A model generated the notes under the pieces. The model did not search any database, was not told the DNA's origin, and was given only the letters and a program-made list of their open reading frames with translations. From the NCBI GenBank assembly GCA_976551045.1, contig CDPCPM010000323.1, positions 4,278,001-4,342,000 of the forward strand: DNA of 64,000 nt, given 5' to 3'. This stretch comes from Glaucostegus cemiculus. Lineage: Eukaryota. The position numbers and the translations under genes were made by a program. Positions 53,905-64,000 of the stretch are shown piece by piece; position 1 is the stretch's first letter; the number at the start of each line of letters is the position of its first letter.

Positions 53905-54070
53905 CTGTGAGATCGTAACAGCCACCAGCGGAGGCCTCCACTAATCCATAGTCCTCGTTCTGTTGAACTTTCCCCAGTTTTGCTGTCACCTCCTCATTTT
54001 GTCCCTTGCCAGCAGCTCCCTGGAGCAGGAGGAGCTGTATCAAGCAACTCTGTTGCCCCCTTTTCACCTT
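53905..54070 (-). other. Exon-like GC-richer segment
   Basis: Acceptor aatttttcag|, one open frame, weak donor CAG|GTCATT; no recognised product. Confidence 0.2.
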
Positions 54071-57000
54071 CTGAAAAATTAAGCCAAAATGAAAAGCAAG
54101 GAAAAAAAAACAATTACCTTAAGAGAATATCTGCCTTTATTAAACTGCTTTCCATGTTATTGATTTTGTTTGAGGCCAAGGAAAATAATTAGACCTTGAG
54201 CTCTAATAGAACGCAGAATGCAATTTCACCCATTTCCCAAAAGTTATTATACAATGGCCTTTTTAATTACAGTTGCTGTTTTATCAATAATTAGCGTAAT
54301 GTAGACAGATCTGGTTGTGGGAATTTTTTAATATTCCATATATTGTATTGACTGTTATTTTGCTGTTTGTTCTGACCTCTAACTATCACATTAAAATTTC
54401 CTGGGTGTTTCAACTCAGTTTCATGAGTTATAACTTTATCTGCAGAGCACAAATGAAGGTAAATGAATGTTGTGGGAATATTATATTCAAAATAATTGGG
54501 AAAGCTTTAACTCACAGTTTTACTAAGAACTATTAACTTAGTTAATTAATCTTCACCTACCTCACTATGTTCATTGACATATTGGCATTTCATACTTTCA
54601 AAGTGAATATGTTAATAATATATATACTTATAAAAGAGTGAAAAGTAACCATTGTGATCATTATTTGATTCTGTATCACAATTCAGGCAATATAAATACC
54701 TGCTAATGTTTCCATAAAAAATACCTTGTGCACAATGTTTTCACTGAATTAGAACACTCGTCACTTACCAAGTGTGGAAATTAATATTATCTATCAACGT
54801 GTGCATAACTGGCATTTTTTCCCACAAAAGCCCCTCTGAATCAGTTGTGGTCGTTCCTGTTTCTTTTTAATGCATATCCACCTGTTCACCACCATTGCTA
54901 TTTCCAAGATTTCACTAACCTCCACTGTGCTCTATACCCTGATGAAAGCTCTTAAAAGAAGTAAAATAACCCTTTCTTTGCTACTGAGAAGTGTAAATCC
55001 ATGTATCACAATGAGAACTACTGTACGCTGCTTTGGTTTTTTTATTGACATATGTGTATTTTTAAATCAGTCTCTCTTGTGTACATAAACCAAAGGTCCA
55101 CAAATGAGCTACCACATCTTGCCCTACCCTTCTTTGCAAATAATTGTTCCCACCAAGGTCAAAAGTAAAATGGAAATTGCATTATTTTTAAAACAGACTG
55201 ATAAACTATTTTCATAAGCAGTTATGTAATTTTGTTTATTTTTTCACAGAGTTTACATTAATTGAATCAGATCTTTCTAAATCTGAGTTATTCTACAAAC
55301 TCATCTCATATTACAGTGTCTCACTGCCATTGATATCTGTCAATGAATGCCATTTGAAAATATATCAAATATTATTTTCAACCTCTTGCTCTTCCACAAA
55401 TTTTTTAGTCCATTTATACAAACTGCATACCTTAGGAAAGAAATGTTCAAATTCATTGTACTTAGCAATCTTCCATGTTAGCAATCTTCAGTTTTGAATG
55501 AAAATAAAAGGTTTCTTTTTTTATTAATGCCAGGCCCTTCACATTATTATTATTTTTTGGCGAAATGATGTTTGCCTCATGTTATCAATTGTTTGAGTTG
55601 TGTGCCTCCATGGGTTTGAAGCTGAAGGAGTGACAATGCAGAAGCAACTAATTAGGACCTATTCAAAAGGCTTGTGGACCAATACCCTTCATCTCTGTGC
55701 CACTTTGTTACAATGCAGGGATGGAGAATTATGCGGGGAAGGAAAACCACAGGGCGTTAACCCCTGATGGTGAAGTGGCCATCTGGGGAGATATATTTTA
55801 TTTATTTTTATTTGTTAAAGGCAAATTACAGACCCAGACTCTCACACAGTAATTCCAATTTCCCTGGTGCTGGTAGGAGTGACACAAATGGTGGCCCCAT
55901 CATTACCACCTCATTTAAATATTAATGTGCTGCCTACTTGCGGCTATTTCCAATTTGGTGCAATGGTGCTGAAAATAGCAAATATGTACGGAGAAGCAAT
56001 GTGTGAATCATGCTTATCCAGCATCAGTTTATTTATGTTTTTGAAGTGGGGTACGGCAGAGGGAATACATCCTAAAATTATTAATATATATTGTTAAAAC
56101 ATTGAACATAAGGTATTAAAATAGTCTGGTCCTTTTGTTTGGTGTTTTTCTCGCCTGGTTTGACTCTGAAAACTGTGAGAAGCACTGAGGGTCTGAAGGA
56201 GGTTCATTACCTCGCTCCTCTTATTGTGTCCAGTTTGGGTTCCAACAAAGGCCAACACTCCAATCTGCTCTCCTTGTGTGTGGTGAGTTAACCAGGAGGT
56301 ATGACAAGGCCTTCACTCAACAAAAACGTATCTGCCTAAAGCTCTGACAAAAGGACTCCGGGTTGTCCTGTACCCAACTTTTGAGGGTGATCTTCTTTGT
56401 AATATTAAGCTAATTAATAGTGGAGTATTGTTCATAGAGCCATGGAAGCAAATGCAGCTCTGTGTCCCTTGTTCTTCCCATTGAGTGTATATGAACGGCT
56501 GCAGCACAGACACACTGAGGAGATTGGCATTGCAGAATATTTAGCACCATATGAGCAAAATATGTGCAGTGTGAAGTTTTGGCAGCCTTGAGAAAGATTT
56601 TGTGAAAGGTAGCATCATTTCCATAACTTTGTGATTATGCAACCAACATTGTTTTATATAGAGCAAAGTTAAATTTCAACCTGCTGCTTAATAAAAAATC
56701 TGCCAGCATCAGAAGCCTCCACATACTGAAAATGCAAAGGTCATGATTATCCATGAGGGAGAAGTGGAAATAAACTTCAACCTCAGCTTCTGGACAAAAA
56801 AACTGCACAGATTACACCATATTCTCAATTAGCACCTCTCATGCAAATCCAGGCAGGGTCAGCGTTTTCTCCTGTGACATAGACTACCTGTCTTGACTGC
56901 TGAATGCATGCCTTTGCTGAGTTTAGATATAATACTGTCTTCATGCCAGGACTCTATGACTCACAGCACATTATGTCCGTGTGCAAGAGAGATATGATAA

Positions 57001-59054
57001 GAGCTGCTGATGAGGGTCTGAGGTTAATATTTAAATGTGGCTGGGTATTGTGCTGTATAGTCAATCCTTTTGCTTTCAATTAAACTGATAAACAAATATG
57101 TTTTCTAAAGGACACCTATCAATTTAGTTCCTAGGCATCCAAAACTTTTTTTTTGAATAAGTATTTCTTTTTTACACTCTATAACATTCCTAAATGGTAG
57201 AAGGAAGACAGCTGATGTGTAAACCACACACTATCAATCCACAGAAAGAAACTAATTTTTCAATTATCCAGCAGCAGTATTTCTGTACCCTGCTGTGAGA
57301 TAAGACAAGGTTAGCAATTTTCAGTTTAATGATGGGATACCATTATTAAAGCAATGTTCCCAGTGAAGTGTTGTTTATTTTTATAGCATTCATGATGATA
57401 ATTATACCTATTATAATCTGTGAAGTTATTATGTGTGCAGAACATCACTATACTGCATCATTTCATAATATTACTTAAAGCAGGTATGTTTAATTCAGCA
57501 GAAAAAAGACAAAAGAAAATCAATGTTTGAACTCATCAAAAAGTGCATTCCAAAAATCTGAAATTCCTTCCACCTACAAACAATACTCAATAGATTACTG
57601 TTTGTATAATCTTGGGCAACAACATAATAGCAGTTCCTATACTTCATGAAACAAATATATTAGCACAAATATAATACCTTCACGCATATGTTCAACCTCT
57701 CCACTAGCTCACCCTGAATTAGTTGATTTTGTTTTTATGTATCCCATAATAAATGGGATCAAATCAATGTGGCTGATTTATCAATATGGATTACAAATCA
57801 CTGGATCCTAACCAGTTAAATGATCATTGAAGAATGACATCTTGTTTGAAATTTACACAAATTGCACGTGGAGTTTTGACTTTCTTCCAGTGTGTCACTT
57901 TATGTTGGAGGGGTTTGTGGACCTTTACATTTTGAGAGGTCAGAGGTTGCTTTCATATTTGACATGTACATTTCTGACAAGGTCATAGGACACTACATTC
58001 GCGATTTAATTGGTGCCACTGCTACATTATGTGTATATGCTATTATTGCAGTTTGATGCAACGTCACTTCCAGAAAATAATATAAAGCAGTTGTTCTTAA
58101 GATATCATGGTTTAATTCCATTAAACCATCAGACATAATTAACTTTATCTGATGCTTGGTCAAGTAAATTCAAAGCGAACTCTATGCATAGCATAATATG
58201 TACTTTATTTATGAAATGGTGAGGAAATTAAAGGGATATCATTCCACTCAAATAGTTATATTTTAATTATAGTCAAAAGCATGTCATTCAGCAAATAATA
58301 CAAACAATATGATCAAAGTAAGAATTTTTTTCAAGGATTGATAGACTCCATTATATAATGACAGCTCATTTATTGAATGTAGAATACAAAGTATTTCAAA
58401 TTATTTTAGTCAGTTTCAGAAAGAGTATGCAACAGTGAATTAAGAACAAATATAGTATTGGTATCTAACTGAATGACCCTAATTGATTTATCAGAAACAA
58501 TTGTTGAAGCAGGTGTTAGATGCTTCATGGTTGCAGTGAATATTAAGCCAAGGGGGGAAAGTTCTCTCAGCTAATGAACACCATTTGAACTTCAACAAGG
58601 TGTGGTACTGCAATAATCTATACTTAAGGTAATTATTCTTTAAATATATTTCATGCTTCCCCACTAAATTTCTTTACAGTATATAATTTCTGCTTTCAGT
58701 TTTATTGGCCACTGGGTATATCACATCGCAGTAAGACTATTGACAGTTTTGTGCATTCTATTCATATGGAATGACAACTCATGATTTCAGGATTTGTTTA
58801 TCTGAAATGAAATCAGAGAATATAAATGTTTTGTGTATTAGGACATTAGAATAGAAAGTGAATACAGGCACTCCCAGGAATTAGCAGCATTCTTTTTAAA
58901 TAAACTGTTGCAGTTGCTCATTCTCTGATCTGATGCATCAATAACGAAACACATAGATCATACGGATGGTCGCTCTTCACACTGAGAGATACTGCTGGAA
59001 CAAAAGGTCAGGAAAATCAAAAGAAGTATACACAGAGACCTAAATGATTTGGAA

Positions 59055-59365
59055 CTGTAATGGTTATGTTACTGAATTAGCACTTGAGAGATATGAATTC
59101 AAATAACCTCACGGCGGCTGAAGAATTTAAATATTGTTAACTGAGACAAACTGTGAGTGCAGGTAATGATGGGAAAGGAATTACTGAATTGTTTTGAAAA
59201 CCTACTGGGTTCACTCATGTTATCTGGAGACAAAATCCTGTATCATTACCTAGCCTGGCCGAAATGTGACATCAAACTCACAATTATGTAATTAACTCTT
59301 AATCAACATCCAAAGTAACAAGAACTATTTGAGATGAGCAGTGACATGCAAATCCATAAAGAAGT
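59055..59365 (+). mobile_element. tRNA-derived SINE (second family)
   Basis: gtaatggttatgttactg...ttcaaat...aaaacctactgggttcactcatgt...cctggcc...actcttaa. Confidence 0.6.
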
Positions 59366-59539
59366 ACACAAAAATGCATCATTTAAAGAATACTTTGCCA
59401 ATGTTTTATGTAGTTGCATTTTGCAAATTTGAAAAGAAGCTTTGCCACTCAGATGTCAAAACCTAAGAACTCCAAAGAAAAGGCATTTAATTCAGTGCCG
59501 TCCTTGGTTCACTGCTGAGGCTTAAATTAAAGAGATTGA

Positions 59540-59745
59540 GAGATCTCTGTGGACTTGAGAGCATAATCTAGGCTGACACTTCAGTGTAATACTGAGGGAC
59601 AGCTGCACTGTCAGAGAAGCTGTTATTAAAGGCAAAAGATCCCATGGTGCTATTTTCTGAAGAAAGTGGTTTGTTCTCTTTGATCAATTAATCTATTAGC
59701 CAACATTGGTCAGTAATCTGATAGCTATTTGTTGAGTCTTGTTGG
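59540..59745 (+). mobile_element. DeuSINE-like SINE fragment
   Basis: gacttgagagcataatctaggctgacacttcagtgtaatactgagggacagctgcactgtcaga...aaaagatcccatgg core. Confidence 0.7.
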
Positions 59746-60079
59746 AGTGCAATTAGTATTCAGGAAACCATTTCATTCATAGATGCATTTTTTTTGCTAT
59801 TGAGTAGGCTGTGGCTTCACTTTCAGACATTTTGCACTCAGTGAAGACTAGATTCATGTCTAATGAAATTTCATCAATCTGAAATGCTGGTTCTGTTTTG
59901 CTCTTCATTGTTACTTCCTCATCTGCTCGTTATTTCCTGCAATTTCTGTTCTTGTTTTACTTTCAGTCATGGTCAATGCAAATTGGATGACACGTCACCA
60001 CTGTACCTACATTCCAGAAACATTTCATTGTCTGCCTGGTGTTCTGAGGCATTTCCTCTAGATCAAGATGATTTCCTGG

Positions 60080-61070
60080 TCTGTGGGTTCTGAGAAGCCT
60101 CGTGATGCCAAAATGGAATCTGCAGACTCTGCCACAGGTAGAGCAGTAGCTGCTGACGGGGCAGGTTAGTGGGTTATTTGGGAACTAGTATACTCCTTCT
60201 GCCATTTATACTGGGCTTCTGTGTGCTACCGATGAATAGATACAAGGGTCTCAGTGCCAGCCCGAATTCTCCTTCTGCTCTCTGAGCAGTCATGGCCTAG
60301 GGATTTTCATGAGGTAATGGGGAGAAGGTATATTGTTAAGAAGGTTCTAAGGACATCCTTGAATTTTTTTCTTCTGTCTGTAATGCTTGATGTGACACAA
60401 CTCAAAGTGTGTCAGGTTTGGGAATCTGGTTTCAGGCACATGAAAGGCCATCAGAGTTGATCGGGTGTGATTAGGGCCTCACTGGTGAGGAGAGGATGCA
60501 GATTATGATTTACTTATCCTACCACTGGATTTGGAAGATCTTGTGGAGACAAGAGTTGGCTGTAATTCTCCAGTGCAAGCCTCAGGAACACATAGGAGAT
60601 CAGAAATCACTGCTGCCTGGTAGACTATGAGCATTGTACGGGGTTTGAGGTCCCCATCTTCAAACAGTCTCTTTCCTCAAATGGCCAAAGCTGGCCTGGT
60701 ACACAGATGGCAACAGTGAATGTTAGTGTCTATGTCTGCCCTCAATGGTAAGTGGCTCCTGAGATATAGGAGGGGTCCTCATTTTTCAGGATGTCATTGC
60801 AGGACATTATTGTCAGAGAGCAGTATAATACAATGGATCACGTTTGTAGATCTTTTGCTTTGCAGACGTAAAATGTGAGACCTATCCTCTTATATCCTTC
60901 GTTGAATGAGTTGATGAAGAACTTGGAGCTTGGCCTCCAATGTGCACATATGCAAGTGTCATCAGCACACTGCAGCTCGATGATTAAAGTTGGCAGTAAC
61001 ATTCATTCTTCAGCAGAAGCAAAATGGGTTAAACTATTTCCTATTTGTCCTGTGGATAAGTTACAGCACT
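60080..61070 (-). mobile_element. RTE-type LINE RT remnant
   Basis: Reverse frame reads IIELQCADDTCICAH (YADD motif, about 60945-60985), followed by YKRIGLTF..K. Confidence 0.75.
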
Positions 61071-61544
61071 GGGGCTGGTATGAAGGGGCCACAAAAGGCT
61101 ACATTATGTAATACAGCCTCTGAGTGATTCAAGCTACATCTTATTTGTGAAGCAATCTTTAGATTTAGTTTTGCTACAGATTATAATACAGTTGATTGAT
61201 TAACATGCATATCCCTGAATGTAAATGAAACACAATCAGTCATAATCTAAAAATATGCACCATTCCTGTAGTATATGCTGTCAAAACTCGAAGCTTAAAT
61301 GATATGAGTTTTTAAACTTGTTGATGGCAGCTTAACATATGCTGTAGTGGAATGTTATCGATCTATAATTTTGTATGAGTGTTTAGCTTGTGCTGCCACT
61401 TTCCCAGAAGCAGAGAGTGTAACTGTACAGAACCATTCCTGCTGTATGAGCTACAATGACCTGTTTTGAATATTGCAAAATGATCTACTATGTATTTTGG
61501 TTTGAATTTCTGATTTTGCACACAACACTGACTGTGAAGTGTTG

Positions 61545-61920
61545 TTAGCTGTGGCTTAGGTTGTAGCGTTCTTGCTTCTGAGCCAGAAGGTTGTGGTTTG
61601 AATTCCCATTCTTGACCATAGAATGTGGACATGGTAGTATAATTCCAAGAGAGGAGGAGCTGACTATCAGGAGAACTGCTTTCTCAGACTCCATGCAACC
61701 ACTTCAAAGAAGAGAAGATTTCTCCTCTGTGTCCTACCAGAAGATATCCTTTAATTCACTTCACTAAAATCAGATGATGTGACTATTATCACATTGCTGG
61801 AGGCGGAAGCTTGTTGTGGGGAAAATGAAGCAATAATGCTTCTGCTGGTGACTGCACGTTTTTGCTTTGGGATGTCCTAAGCTTCTCAAAGGCATTACGT
61901 AAATCCCAGTCATTCCTTTA
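61545..61920 (+). mobile_element. DeuSINE-like SINE, near full length
   Basis: tRNA-like head (gtggcttagg..gtagc...ctgagccagaaggttgtggtttgaattcc), Deu-like core and L2-type tail ctttgggatgtcct. Confidence 0.75.
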
Positions 61921-62049
61921 CTAGGACTGTTGAATTCAGTAATCTACTAACACTACAACCAGCAGGAATTGATCAGTAATATCAGGAAAGGTTTTTTTTT
62001 GCAATGTCAGCAATAAGTATGGTTTACCATTGGATCCCCTCCCTAGATG

Positions 62050-62590
62050 CACAATATGTTACCATGTTTACTGCGGAGGAATTACAGAAACATTACCAAT
62101 TAGGCTAAAACTTCTCACAAGGCGGCTGCAGAAAACATATGCCATCTTTTTTAGAAAGATCTCCAGACAAGACTGAACTTCTGTGTAGTGCTGCCAGTGC
62201 TCTCAAAGTCACCTTGCTCTATTCTTATGTGTCAGAATCCTTCCACATTAGTACTGAGGACATCTGCAGTGTCAGCTAGTTTGCTGTCCACAGAGGTATC
62301 AAGGAGGTCAATGATGCATTATTCAACAGGGCCATTGACTTCATCACTGACCAAGAGCAGCAATGTTATAGGAGAACATAATTGTACAGGTCTACTAGCT
62401 TTGTAAAGCCAGGGATCATTGAGTTCACTGATGTTGCCATTCAGGTCCCTCTACATGAACTGAAAGAGATTTATTCTCTCAGTATCTAATTGGTATGCGA
62501 CGATCAGTGCAGAATAATGCATGTTCCTTGGAAACTCCTATGATATCTTCATTTAAAGGCAATTATCTGTGTCAAATGTATTTGAAGCAA
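62050..62590 (+). pseudogene. PIF/Harbinger (HARBI1-like) transposase fossil
   Basis: GIIEFTDVAIQVP...KEIYSLSI*LVCDDQCRIMHV..GNSYDIFI aligns to GAIDCTHVAIKAP...KGFHSLNVQLVCD...PGSCHDAFIL; contains stops and frameshifts. Confidence 0.75.
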
Positions 62591-63819
62591 AAGGAAGAGT
62601 GGAAGTGTAGTTTCTGGGAAACCAAAGCTACCATCTGCAGTGAAGGCTCATGAGACAATTTCAGTAATGGTAGACAGAAGATGAGCACTGATAAAACAAA
62701 ATTAGTGCAGCAACTAAAATTATTGTATAAGATATTACAGAGATCTTCCGAGAGTTTCACAAATAACTTCTGTCTGCTGCATGCTCCATAATTTTGGCCT
62801 ATAAAGGAGCTTAAATAGGTCACAGGAGAGGTTGCCAAAGCTACGTCAAAGCAGAGTGATGAAAATGCCAGTGAGGAATTAGTTAGCAACCCACCATGCA
62901 GTCAGGAAGATTGTATACCAGGTACTGATTCAAAACTCAGTACACCAGAGTTACTGATTTTTTTTTAAGGTATCAATTTAGATCTGCAAAGTAATAATCG
63001 GAAAGGCCACTTATTCCTGTCCTTTTCTCCACTATTATTCTGAACAATTACAACTAAATATCCAGTACAATGTTATAATCAGTGCAGTGTAATTATTAAA
63101 CTCATTATGTCATGTGTGAATGTTACCACTTTCCTTCTCCTTTGTACTTGTGCTTTGCTTATGGCAGGTGATATCCCGTCTGCTATTTTCTCCAAGTGTT
63201 TCCCCTGTGAATGGAGGATATGTGCTGGCTGCCGGCTGCAGAGCCTGCTGGGATTCTGTTCACTCTAGTTCTTACGTAAGAACCCAGTGCCTGAATCAGC
63301 CATATGCAATGTAATCATAGTTGGATGTTTCCTGCCTGCTTTCTGGCACCTCTGTCACCTGCTCATGGATGCATGTTGGCCCAGATGTGGGGCAAATGAC
63401 TATGCCAGGTGCTTTATTCAAAAAATGTCCGGGCTTTCTGAAGCTGTGGGGGATTCAGGGAGTTAATATTGGAGCAAAGCTATGAGATCTTCAAGTACCA
63501 ATCTCAAGATTGTTGCTTTGTTTGTTTGCTTCAACATCTCCCAGCATGTTGAACCTGCCCATAAGATCATTGTGACCCAAGTGAGCTCCAAATCTCTACA
63601 GCAACAAGCTAATCCTTTGTGGCATATGCTGTCATTGCATCAATGGCTGGAGCCTCAAAGGATTTGACTGCAGAAGCAACAGGAGTACCCATGCCGATCT
63701 AAACAATGACTTTGCAGTCAGCTTTTCGTGTTGGTCAGATTACACTTACTGTGCACAATTCTGATCTCCATCTACAAACAAAAGAAATAAAAGCACTGGA
63801 AAAAGTCTAAATAAAATTC

Positions 63820-64000
63820 ACAAGGGTAAACTAAGAAGGGGCATCAATCAGGAACGATCTTACAAGGTGGGACTCCTTTCTGGAGAAAGTGAAGTGGCTC
63901 AATGGAACTCTTTAGAACCTTGGTAAGGAATGATGGGAGAGTAAGAGAGGAAATATTTTCACTTGTGGTGGAATCCAAAATTAGAGGCCACATATGTGAG
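63820..64000 (+). mobile_element. CR1 ORF2 C-terminal remnant (runs off the window)
   Basis: FSLVVESKIRGH resembles the CR1 FP..ESRTRGH motif. Confidence 0.5.

Noticed and set aside
1-64000. CRISPR arrays, operons, rRNA or true tRNA genes
   Set aside because: Eukaryotic repeat-rich DNA; the tRNA-like boxes all belong to SINE heads and no regularly spaced repeat-spacer array is present.

Overview
This is AT-rich, CpG-depleted vertebrate nuclear DNA. From the repeat families (V-SINE/HE1-like, DeuSINE-like, CR1, Rex/Babar, Penelope-type terminal repeats) it is most likely a cartilaginous fish, probably a ray or skate. I found no intact multi-exon gene, RNA gene or prokaryotic feature, and nearly all listed ORFs are spurious or lie in decayed transposons. 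The window reads like a large intron or gene desert: many old SINE/LINE fragments, two decayed Gypsy elements, solo LTRs (two with perfect 5-bp TSDs), a Harbinger transposase fossil and long repeat-poor, CNE-like blocks. Three things stand out. (1) A pseudogenised IGFBP2 exon-3 copy keeps its splice donor and is joined to a CR1 3' tail (39691-40032); the ORF track misses it. (2) Fold-back Penelope-type elements carry degenerate hammerhead-ribozyme cores. (3) A CpG-rich, donor-terminated minus-strand ORF (17264-17487) may be an alternative first exon of an unidentified host gene. Family names come from recalled motifs, not database searches, and most repeat boundaries are approximate.
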